Part shown: piece by piece, positions 6,773 through 14,376 of the stretch | Numbering within the stretch: position 1 is the stretch's first letter | Layout: each line of letters starts with the position of its first letter | Assembly: GCA_964460695.1 (NCBI GenBank) | Contig: CAYWSC010000011.1 | Location: forward strand, 1-14,528 | Source: Candidatus Hadarchaeota archaeon | GTDB lineage: Archaea; CAYQAE01; CAYVLA01 | Direction: 5' to 3' | Length of the DNA stretch: 14,528 nt | The notes under the pieces: generated by a model | Seen by the model: only the letters and a program-made list of their open reading frames with translations | Database searches by the model: none | Told to the model about the DNA's origin: nothing | Position numbers and translations under genes: made by a program

Positions 6773-9700
6773 CCGGCCTCTCCTCGCCAACAGGCCCGCC
6801 AGCGGCAGAGAGACGACGAGTAGCAGACCGATCCATAGCGGGAGCTGCGATCCCTTGGGAACCGCGACACCGGCGTGGCCCGCGCCCCCTCCCTGCGACC
6901 CTGCAGGCTGGGGTCCGAACTTGGACTGAACCTCTCCCTTCACCTCGAAGGGTTGGGGAGGTGCCTCGGCGTTGTCCTCGGGCCTGTAGTACGAGTAGGC
7001 TCTGCTGGTTCCTCCCCTCGCCTTGACAGGCATAACCGCAAGTATCTGGAACTGTATCTCGATCTCCTCTCCCCTCTTGAGGTCGTCGATGTAGAAGATG
7101 ACCTTCCTAGCTGCGACCTCGACCCTGCTGGCCAAGCCCTCGGAGACCACCTTGTCAAGGGAGGACTGGATAACCGAGAACCCTGTCGGTACGGCGACGT
7201 CGAGTATCATCATGCCGGTAGAGTTGTGCGGTCCATTGTACCTGACCCGGGCCGTCACGCCCACCACATCGTTCACATCCGCGGTCGTCGTATTGTAGCT
7301 GACCTCGAACTCGAACTCCTTCTGCCCTGACGGTTCCCAAGGGACGTTGAACCTCTTGACGAGTTGGAACATCACCTTGCCGCCTCCCTCCAGCCTAAGC
7401 TCGAGCTCTTTCCCGCCGAGAGGTATGGATACGACGTTGAGCACGTCGAAATTGTCCCTCGTCAAGCGGAGAGACTGGATCTCCCTGCCGTCAACCACGA
7501 TGTGTATCACCGAGTCGATGTTTCTCGACTGGAGCCTAGCCGCAGTCATGAGAGCCTTCATAGCCATGACTGTATCCTGAGTGCTGCAGAATCCTCCCAG
7601 AGAGTTCCTCTGGGACGCTATCCACCGCACAGCCTGCTCGGCCTCGGATCGGCCCGCCAGCATGAGCGCCAGTGCCGCATAGGACGTCGCTTCTACGACG
7701 CCAGAGCTGCCGCCCTTGGCTGGCGACCAGTAAAGGCCGTTTTCGTCCGAGCTTGCGAGCTTGAGCAACTCCGAGATTGCCTCGTCCGCCTTGCTTGACC
7801 CCACCTTCTCCAACAGGTAGGCCGATATCGCCGCGGCGTACGGGTCACCCGTTCCCAGTCCATTCTCCTCGATGAATCGTATGCCCCGCTCCAAGGCCTC
7901 CGAGGCCCTCCCGTAGTCTGCCAGAGCTATCGAGACGAAAGAAGTGAGGGCAACCCTTGAGCCCGGATTTAGACCTCCCATCATCTCACCGTGAACGACG
8001 AACCCTACGGGACTCCAAGAGCCATTTGAATTCTGATGCGACTCTATCCAGTTGGCCGCGTCCGCCAGGACCTTCTCGTCTACCGCTAGAACCTCTCTCG
8101 CCTCGCTGAAGACATCGAGCACGAAGGCGGTCAGCCATAGGCTCCCCTCCTCGTCGCTTGAGCCAAACGCCGAGAAGGATCCGTCTCCTCTCCTAAAGGT
8201 CAGCTCCCTCTGGTAACCGGTGGTCAGATACAACTCCGCCTTTGCCCGTACCTCTGGAACGAGCTGATCGGTCGCGTCGAGGTACCTGAGTATCTCCAGA
8301 TCAGGGGCCATGAACATCATGTTCTGCTCTCCACAACCGTAGGGCATGCCGAGAAGGTCTTCTACCCCACTTATGACCTGCCCGACAAGGCTGGGCGTGA
8401 TGCTCACCATCACCCTAGCCGAGTCGTTGACAATCCCCTCTGGCAGGGAAAGGTCAAGCGTCGCAGGCTTCTCCTCTGTTATGAATCCGTTCACAACCTC
8501 CTCGCGGCGGACGCCCTCCGGCTCGACCAGCATCTCCCTCCGCACGGCATCCGCCCTCCTGGGCGACCGAGCAGTGATCTCGACTTTGAATTGACCGATC
8601 TTCACAGGCTTTATCATGAACGATACAGCGACGACGGAGTTCCCAGGGATCTGCACCGTCTTCACAGCTTCGTCGAGCAGGGTGAACCAGTCCGCGGGCG
8701 TTATCGAGACTTGGACTTTCTGGCTAGACGAGAGGTAGTTGTAGATCTGAACCATCACGGGAAACTCCTCGCCACGCGTCACGGCGTATGGAAGATCCGG
8801 CTCTACGAAGAAGTCCTGAAACACCCTGAGGGATGCCTCTGCCAACCCTATGCCCTCCGAGCTGGACGAGACGGCGTGAAGGCGCCAGGTAGTTATCGAG
8901 TCGGGGACCGTTAGCCGCAGAGTTGTATGGCCCGTATCGTCGGTCAACAGGGTTGCGTTCCAGTACCAAGTCTCGGGGAAGAACTGACGTATCCTCCTGA
9001 CCTCTGCCAGTCCCTCTTCAGTACCCTCGCTCTGAGGAGCTGACGAGTGGGCAAGATCCATTCCCGCTTCGGCCTCCCTGACCCCTCCTTTGGCATACAG
9101 GATCATCGCTCCCCCATATCCCTCGGGCAGTACGATGTCCTTCGAGGCTATGACCTGTAGCCCGGACTCTTCGAACACATCTCTGGCTCCCTTGGTCAGC
9201 GGAGCGCCCCAGAACCTCTCCTCGGGATGGGCCTCGGCCCTTGGCTCCATGAAGATCTTCTCAAGTTCGTCGAATATCTGCTTCAGATTGAGCCTGCCCT
9301 CGTTGAGCGCATAGACCGACTCATCGACAATTGACAGCCCTATCATGGTTGCAACGCCGCGGCTGGATCTGAGATCGATCAGGACTGTGTCCCCGGGTGA
9401 GGCTGTATCGTTCGAAAATTCAGCCGACAGCCCAACGGGCGCCTCGATCTCGACGTCAAAGGGTAGCGAGTCTGCCGATATCTCCATGTTCGGGTTTATG
9501 GTGTACACCACGATGCGTGCTCTGGGCATCATCGACGGCGTGACCTTGAAAGAGATGTATCTGCCGGTCGTGTACCCAGAGAACACGGCGCGCCCTCCCG
9601 CAACTACGTCGTAATAGAGGGTCCTCCTCCCAGTCGAGAAGACCTTGAATGTGACCTCGTCGCCGACCTTGACGGCTCCTTCGGAGGTTTGCCTGATGTG

Positions 9701-11023
9701 AATGAAGTACCCGCTGGGAGAGTACATGCTCCTAAGAGTTACACGGCTCTCGGCCTTGTCCTCCGGTACCTGGGCAACTACTTCCGCCGAGGTACACTTC
9801 TCCGGAACGTCGAACTCAATGAGGGCAGTTCCCCTGAATGTCGAGACATCCTTGCTCCTACTGATAGTCGACCCGTCGTCCAGCACGAACCTCGCCTCGA
9901 CTGAGACATGCTTCTCCATGGGCTCTCCGCCTGGCGTCTCGGTAACGACGAGGAGCTCCATGGGCAGGCCTGGCTTTATCGTCTCGGCAGAAGGGATAAG
10001 CTGAATCACGGTCGACGACGGGGCTATCTTGACAAGCCTAGATGCTTCTTCCTGGTGCCCAGATCCATCCGTAACGGTTACGTTCAGCATCACCGATCCC
10101 ATTCCACCGGCACCGTATGTCCCTGCTACATAGCTGACCGGGGGTAGGGTGAAGCTGAGCGATCCGTCTTCGAGTTCGCCCCTGAAGGATGCATACTGCT
10201 CCCACTCAGCCAGGTACTTGTAGGCCCTGACCTCTACCATTCCCTGAACGGGCTTCCCGAAGAAGTATCTACAATCGATTCTCCCGCTGATCTCCTCGTC
10301 CACTAGGAACCAGTCCCTCGGCAGAGCAACATCCACTTTGAACTTAGGGAGCACGTACTTCTCGACCCTGATGTCAACCGTGGACATAGAGTCGGTTCCC
10401 TGGGCGACGATCTTCCACGTCCCGAGGTTCACCTCCCTCGCCAAAACCATGTCGAAAGCAGCCACTCCAAACCCGTTGGTGACAAGTGGCTTTCTAAACA
10501 CCCTGATGCCCTTGGAGTCGGATATAGAGACGTTCAGGCTGACCGACACTGGTTTCAGGTCGGAGTTCACTGCAAGTACCCTGCCATGCACCGTCTGGCC
10601 AGGCTTGTATATCGGCTTGTCGGTCTCCAACAGGAGAGTGATGCCCGCAGAAATGGCGAGCTGACCCGTCAATTGCTCATGGGTCCTTGGATTTTCCAAG
10701 ACGATGGTGTAGGTCCCGCGTTGAAGGCGAGGCACGTGGAACCTGACCACCTGATGACCGTCAGGCCCAGTCCACCCCGAGAAGAGGTCGATCCGACTCC
10801 CTTTCAGATCCAGTATGTATATGTCGACGGGGGCGTTGACTGGACGGTTCGTCTTGACGGAAAGGGAGTCTACGGTCACTGATGCCTCCGTTCCCGTGTA
10901 GAGCGTCTTTGGCGCGACCATCACGTACCGGATGCCAGCCTCTCCCTTTCCCTGCAGAGAGGGAGAGACAATCTGCAGAAGGATGACCAGCACGACGAAG
11001 ACGGCTCCAGATGCCGGCTTCAC
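6755..11023 (-). CDS. Alpha-2-macroglobulin / thioester-containing protein (TEP) family, full length: MG domains, bait-like region, thioester domain, receptor-binding-like domain, with signal peptide and C-terminal TM anchor
   Basis: 1422 aa, GTG start preceded by GGGAGGTG. Canonical thioester GCGEQ (aa 896-900, nt 8324-8338) within PYGCGEQNMMFMAPDLEILRYL; downstream TGYQRELTFRRGDGSFSAFG and SLWLTAFVLDVF (thioester-domain helices). His1011 in VVHGEMMGG (nt 7991-7993) sits at the C3 catalytic-His position. MG2-like TDKPIYKPGQTV; post-bait FFPETWYWN...TVPDSITTWRL...ASLRVFQDFFVEPDLPYAVTRGEEF; C-terminal A2M_recep-like MMILDVAVPTGFSV. These are near-identical to the hallmark blocks of vertebrate A2M/C3. 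Confidence 0.92.
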   Translation of the reverse strand: MKPASGAVFVVLVILLQIVSPSLQGKGEAGIRYVMVAPKTLYTGTEASVTVDSLSVKTNRPVNAPVDIYILDLKGSRIDLFSGWTGPDGHQVVRFHVPRLQRGTYTIVLENPRTHEQLTGQLAISAGITLLLETDKPIYKPGQTVHGRVLAVNSDLKPVSVSLNVSISDSKGIRVFRKPLVTNGFGVAAFDMVLAREVNLGTWKIVAQGTDSMSTVDIRVEKYVLPKFKVDVALPRDWFLVDEEISGRIDCRYFFGKPVQGMVEVRAYKYLAEWEQYASFRGELEDGSLSFTLPPVSYVAGTYGAGGMGSVMLNVTVTDGSGHQEEASRLVKIAPSSTVIQLIPSAETIKPGLPMELLVVTETPGGEPMEKHVSVEARFVLDDGSTISRSKDVSTFRGTALIEFDVPEKCTSAEVVAQVPEDKAESRVTLRSMYSPSGYFIHIRQTSEGAVKVGDEVTFKVFSTGRRTLYYDVVAGGRAVFSGYTTGRYISFKVTPSMMPRARIVVYTINPNMEISADSLPFDVEIEAPVGLSAEFSNDTASPGDTVLIDLRSSRGVATMIGLSIVDESVYALNEGRLNLKQIFDELEKIFMEPRAEAHPEERFWGAPLTKGARDVFEESGLQVIASKDIVLPEGYGGAMILYAKGGVREAEAGMDLAHSSAPQSEGTEEGLAEVRRIRQFFPETWYWNATLLTDDTGHTTLRLTVPDSITTWRLHAVSSSSEGIGLAEASLRVFQDFFVEPDLPYAVTRGEEFPVMVQIYNYLSSSQKVQVSITPADWFTLLDEAVKTVQIPGNSVVAVSFMIKPVKIGQFKVEITARSPRRADAVRREMLVEPEGVRREEVVNGFITEEKPATLDLSLPEGIVNDSARVMVSITPSLVGQVISGVEDLLGMPYGCGEQNMMFMAPDLEILRYLDATDQLVPEVRAKAELYLTTGYQRELTFRRGDGSFSAFGSSDEEGSLWLTAFVLDVFSEAREVLAVDEKVLADAANWIESHQNSNGSWSPVGFVVHGEMMGGLNPGSRVALTSFVSIALADYGRASEALERGIRFIEENGLGTGDPYAAAISAYLLEKVGSSKADEAISELLKLASSDENGLYWSPAKGGSSGVVEATSYAALALMLAGRSEAEQAVRWIASQRNSLGGFCSTQDTVMAMKALMTAARLQSRNIDSVIHIVVDGREIQSLRLTRDNFDVLNVVSIPLGGKELELRLEGGGKVMFQLVKRFNVPWEPSGQKEFEFEVSYNTTTADVNDVVGVTARVRYNGPHNSTGMMILDVAVPTGFSVIQSSLDKVVSEGLASRVEVAARKVIFYIDDLKRGEEIEIQFQILAVMPVKARGGTSRAYSYYRPEDNAEAPPQPFEVKGEVQSKFGPQPAGSQGGGAGHAGVAVPKGSQLPLWIGLLLVVSLPLAGLLARRGRLRDVD
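6785..6844 (-). other. C-terminal transmembrane anchor of the A2M/TEP protein (LPLWIGLLLVVSLPLAGLLA) followed by the basic tail RRGRLRDVD; a Gly/Pro-rich linker (GPQPAGSQGGGAGHAGVAVPKGSQ) precedes it
   Basis: A single hydrophobic stretch of about 20 residues at the extreme C-terminus plus an Arg-rich tail. The tripartite signature resembles archaeal/bacterial C-terminal sorting or anchor signals but has no PGF/PEP motif. Confidence 0.55.
10949..11023 (-). other. N-terminal Sec-type signal peptide of the A2M/TEP protein (aa 1-25, MKPASGAVFVVLVILLQIVSPSLQG)
   Basis: A positively charged n-region (K2), a hydrophobic core of about 15 residues, and an SPSLQG cleavage-like site. The MG1-like domain begins immediately after. 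Confidence 0.6.
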
Positions 11024-11029
11024 ACATCA

Positions 11030-11037
11030 CACCTCCC
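11030..11037 (-). promoter_or_regulatory. Shine-Dalgarno sequence GGGAGGTG, 6 nt upstream of the GTG start of the A2M/TEP gene
   Basis: Read directly on the minus strand: ...gatGGGAGGTGtgatgtGTGAAGCCG... Confidence 0.55.
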
Positions 11038-11144
11038 ATCAAGCCCTGTATGATCCTCTCCTAGAATCTTCCCAATCTGACCAACCAGTCGAAGAACGGC
11101 TGACGAGTTTGGAGTCAAACTTCATTCACCTGACACAGCCTAGA

Positions 11145-11228
11145 TGAAACGATACATATTGTTTCCCTGAAACGGTTGGGAAACGGGGAGAGAAGCCGCA
11201 GCAAGCTCTATTTCAAGCTGAAACGATA
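11145..11228. repeat. Cluster of GAAACG[A/G] repeats upstream of the A2M/TEP gene: direct repeat TGAAACGATA x2 (11145-11154, 11219-11228) plus an inverted repeat GTTTCCC-N10-GGGAAAC (11161-11184) containing two GAAACGG copies
   Basis: Seen directly in the sequence. Four GAAACG copies fall within 84 bp of the 256-bp region between the stomatin stop and the A2M start. Confidence 0.5.
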
Positions 11229-11279
11229 GCAGTTGGCTACCCGCACCTGTCGGTGAGCCGTTGCCCATGACTGGGAAGT

Positions 11280-12026
11280 CTACTTCTCTAGGAACCTCAT
11301 CAGTTCCATGGGGACCGGCAAAACGACGGTCGTCGGCTTACCAGTGGTAGCATCGGTTATCGCTCCGAGCAGGCGAAGCTGAAGAGCTCCTGGGCTCTCG
11401 GTCATTATCTTCGTCGCCTTCGCGAGCATCTCTGCCGCCTGCTTCTCTCCTTGGGCTATTATCACCCTAGAACGCCTCTGCCTCTCTGCCTCTGCCTGCC
11501 GAGCCATCGCGACCTTCATCTCGTCGGGGACCTCTACGTTCTTCAGCTCGACTGCTGAGACCTTGATTCCCCAGGGATCCGTTGCTTCATCCACCGTCGC
11601 CTGTAGCCGCTTGTTCAACTCTTCCCTCTCGGTCAAGATCTGGTCGAGGAACGCCGTCCCTATGACGTTTCTCAAGCTCGTCTGGGCATAGAGAGAGGTC
11701 GCCGCGATGTAGTTGGTCACCTGGACAAGAGCCTTCTCCGGATCCATAACCCTCATGTACACCACTGCGTCCACACGAACAGGGACGTTGTCCCGGGTTA
11801 TGACCTCCTGGGCGGGAACATCAAGAACCATCGTCCTGAGATCAACCCTGATCATCTTCTCGAAGATCGGAATGATGAAGAAGAGGCCTGGCCCCCTTGC
11901 CCCTACGAGGCGTCCGAGTCTAAAGATCACGCCTCTCTCGTATTCCCTGACGATCTTTATCGCAGATGCGAGAATGATTAAAAGGAAGAAGACCAATGCA
12001 GACACTGGTGCTAGCCAACCAGCCAT
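11280..12026 (-). CDS. Stomatin/prohibitin-family (SPFH/band-7) membrane protein
   Basis: N-terminal TM helix (VSALVFFLLIILASAI) then an SPFH domain (IKIVREYERGVIFRLGR...PAQEVITRDNVPVRVDAVVYMRV) and a coiled-coil ARQAEAERQRR. No NfeD partner is adjacent. Confidence 0.85.
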   Translation of the reverse strand: MAGWLAPVSALVFFLLIILASAIKIVREYERGVIFRLGRLVGARGPGLFFIIPIFEKMIRVDLRTMVLDVPAQEVITRDNVPVRVDAVVYMRVMDPEKALVQVTNYIAATSLYAQTSLRNVIGTAFLDQILTEREELNKRLQATVDEATDPWGIKVSAVELKNVEVPDEMKVAMARQAEAERQRRSRVIIAQGEKQAAEMLAKATKIMTESPGALQLRLLGAITDATTGKPTTVVLPVPMELMRFLEK

Positions 12027-12051
12027 ATCACCACTCCTACACTAATGCAAC

Positions 12052-12068
12052 GCCACCGAATAAATATT
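12052..12068 (-). promoter_or_regulatory. Candidate TATA-like element (ATAAATATTT) about 30-35 nt upstream of the stomatin start, in the divergent region shared with the AEC transporter gene
   Basis: A palindromic AT-rich block in GC-rich intergenic DNA. Confidence 0.3.
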
Positions 12069-12168
12069 TGTGGGTCGCACTAAACCGCAGCGCTGCACGA
12101 GTGGCCTCTGACTGATCTGAAAAGCCGAGCTGGGAACATTTTTCGAGCGCACTTCTCGCCTCCTGCCA

Positions 12169-13080
12169 ATGCCTGTACATGCCGTCGTCATAGAGATCCT
12201 GATACCGATTGTCGTGGGTTTCCTGCTTCGTGTGGTGGGTCTCTTCGGCGACGCCGAATCCGCAGTCCTCAGGAAATTCGTCGTGTACGTAACGATTCCG
12301 CTGTTGGTATTCCACTCCATGTACACGGCAAGACTTCCCTCTGCCGTGACAGCCGTCTCCGTCGTCGTCGCCCTCCCGCTCCTCACCCTCCTTTTCTACC
12401 TCATCGGGGCGGGGGCGGCCAAGGTCTCATCCTCGGCGCCCTCTCGCCGCGCTGCCCTCGCAGCGTGCATCACGTTTGGCAATTACGGATGGCTCGGTTG
12501 GAGCGCGGTCTATACAATCCTCGGCGAGCAGGCCTTGAACCAAGCCTTCTTCTTCACATTGCTCTGGTGGCCCGTTTTCTATGGATTTGGCGCGCTCATA
12601 GGGTCTGGATTCTCCGGTCGAGGCGGCATAGATATCAAGGGAGTCGTCCACGTGACCAGCCTCCCAGTCTGCTGCATCTCCGCCGGGATTCTTCTAAACG
12701 CGGCCCACGTTGGCATACCTAGCTTCATTCTCACCCCGGTTAGAAGCATTGGCGATGCGACGATACCGCTCATTCTCATATCAGTTGGGATGGGCCTCTT
12801 CGCCACCAACATAAGGCGCCTCCTCGTCCCGGCCCTCCTGGTCTCGGCCATACGCCTGGGCTTGGGCCCTCTGATCGGAATCCTAGTAGTCAAGGCATTG
12901 CCGGTTGGAGAGTTGGGTTGGAGCGTGATACTACTGGAGAGCGCTATGCCGGTTGCCACGGTGACCCCGATTCTTGGAGACTACTTTGACTTGGACAGGC
13001 AGCTGGTGTCTGTGTGCATAGTGACCTCGACAGTTCTGTCGCTTGTCACGTTGCCAGTCGTTATAGGAATCCTCTTCTAG
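12169..13080 (+). CDS. AEC-family (auxin efflux carrier / Mem_trans) membrane transporter
   Basis: 303 aa, multi-TM. The N-terminus IEILIPIVVGFLLRVVGLFGDAESAVLRKFVVYVTIPLLVF matches the conserved AEC N-terminal pattern, and there is a two-repeat hydrophobic architecture. Confidence 0.7.
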   Translation: MPVHAVVIEILIPIVVGFLLRVVGLFGDAESAVLRKFVVYVTIPLLVFHSMYTARLPSAVTAVSVVVALPLLTLLFYLIGAGAAKVSSSAPSRRAALAACITFGNYGWLGWSAVYTILGEQALNQAFFFTLLWWPVFYGFGALIGSGFSGRGGIDIKGVVHVTSLPVCCISAGILLNAAHVGIPSFILTPVRSIGDATIPLILISVGMGLFATNIRRLLVPALLVSAIRLGLGPLIGILVVKALPVGELGWSVILLESAMPVATVTPILGDYFDLDRQLVSVCIVTSTVLSLVTLPVVIGILF

Positions 13081-13120
13081 CCACCCTCACTGCCCATTCG
13101 AGAAGATATTTGAAAGAAAA

Positions 13121-14371
13121 ATGCAGGAACCGGCCACTTTGGCGGGAGAAGCAGACGAGGAACGCACGACTCTGATCACTGTTTTGCGAAACGCAGACTT
13201 TGCAAAGCTGTGGCTTGGCCAGCTCGTCTCAAACATGGGTGACCGGTTCAACTACATGGCCCTTGTGGCGCTCATCCTGTACGAGATGAACCGCTCGGCG
13301 GTGGAGGCTGGCAAGATCGTCCTCTTCATGACCATTCCCATCCTGATCTTCGGTCCCATCGCAGGTGTCTACGTAGATAGATGGAGCCGCAAGAAGACCA
13401 TGATAGCCTCGGACCTGTCGAGGGCGGCCCTAGTGACACTGCTCCCGTTAGCGGACAGGCTCTGGCAAGTATACGTCATCGTCTTCCTCCTCTCGACGGC
13501 CTCCCGATTCTTCTACCCTGCTAGGTCGTCGATAATTCCAAACATCGTTGAGAGGAAACAGCTGCTGATGGCCAATTCCATTTCCCAGGGAACCTTCATG
13601 CTAACCACTGTGGTCGGCCCTGCTGTGGGAGCAGCACTCATAGCCCTCATTGGCACGAGGAACGTGTTTTACCTCGACTCTGCCTCGTTCCTCTTCTCCG
13701 CACTCATGATTATGAGGATAGGCCTCGAAGAGAGGCGTTCAACGCAGGAAGAGGGAATCCGCCGTATCGGATCCCAGATGGCTGAGGGTCTGAGGTTCAT
13801 TCGATCGAACCGTGGCACCCTCTTCGTTGTATCCATGTTCACGGGTGTAATGCTGGCATACGGCGGCGTCAACGTCCTCTTTCTCGTCTTCATAAAGGAG
13901 GTCTTGCTCATGAATATCCGCGGCCTAGGTCTTCTAGAGTCGACTCAAGGAATCGGAGCCGTAATAGGATCGGTGGCCCTCGGCTACATGGGCCAACGAA
14001 TAGGAACGAGGAAGCTTACCTTGGGGTCGCTGCTAGTTGCCTCGCTCCTCTTCCTCTCGTTCACGCTTAACCGAATCATATACCTTTCATATCTCTTGAT
14101 GGCCGGCATTGGAATCGCGGTCACCTTCATAACCGTGCCGGCCAACACCTTGCTTCAGAAGCTGGTTCCCGATGCTCTTCGAGGAAGGGTCTTCGGCGTT
14201 CAAGGGACCCTCATCGAGGGGGCGGCCGTAGTCTCCATCGCCATAGAGACCCTACTGGCAGGGGTTCTCGGAGTCGTTCCTGTCCTCGTCTGGTCGTCTA
14301 TCGCCCTTATGGCCTGGTCGGTGATACTAATGTCCGTTAGGACGTTCAGAGAAGTCGACGAAGCGGACTAG
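13121..14371 (+). CDS. Major facilitator superfamily (MFS) transporter
   Basis: 416 aa with about 12 hydrophobic segments. An MFS signature-like GPIAGVYVDRWSRKK loop (G-x3-D-R/K-x-G-R-K/R type) lies between TM2 and TM3. A TATA-like GATATTTGAAAG lies about 20 nt upstream. Confidence 0.8.
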   Translation: MQEPATLAGEADEERTTLITVLRNADFAKLWLGQLVSNMGDRFNYMALVALILYEMNRSAVEAGKIVLFMTIPILIFGPIAGVYVDRWSRKKTMIASDLSRAALVTLLPLADRLWQVYVIVFLLSTASRFFYPARSSIIPNIVERKQLLMANSISQGTFMLTTVVGPAVGAALIALIGTRNVFYLDSASFLFSALMIMRIGLEERRSTQEEGIRRIGSQMAEGLRFIRSNRGTLFVVSMFTGVMLAYGGVNVLFLVFIKEVLLMNIRGLGLLESTQGIGAVIGSVALGYMGQRIGTRKLTLGSLLVASLLFLSFTLNRIIYLSYLLMAGIGIAVTFITVPANTLLQKLVPDALRGRVFGVQGTLIEGAAVVSIAIETLLAGVLGVVPVLVWSSIALMAWSVILMSVRTFREVDEAD

Positions 14372-14376
14372 AGCGG

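Noticed and set aside
6875-10882. Numerous 60-150-aa ORFs on the plus strand inside the A2M/TEP gene
   Set aside because: They are antisense to a 1422-aa ORF whose translation aligns block-by-block with A2M family proteins. They are GC-rich antisense artefacts.
12037-12386. Minus-strand ORFs (92 and 114 aa) overlapping the 5' end of the AEC transporter gene
   Set aside because: The plus-strand frame there encodes the conserved AEC N-terminal TM segment. The minus-strand ORFs have no recognisable features and would put a gene inside the divergent promoter region.
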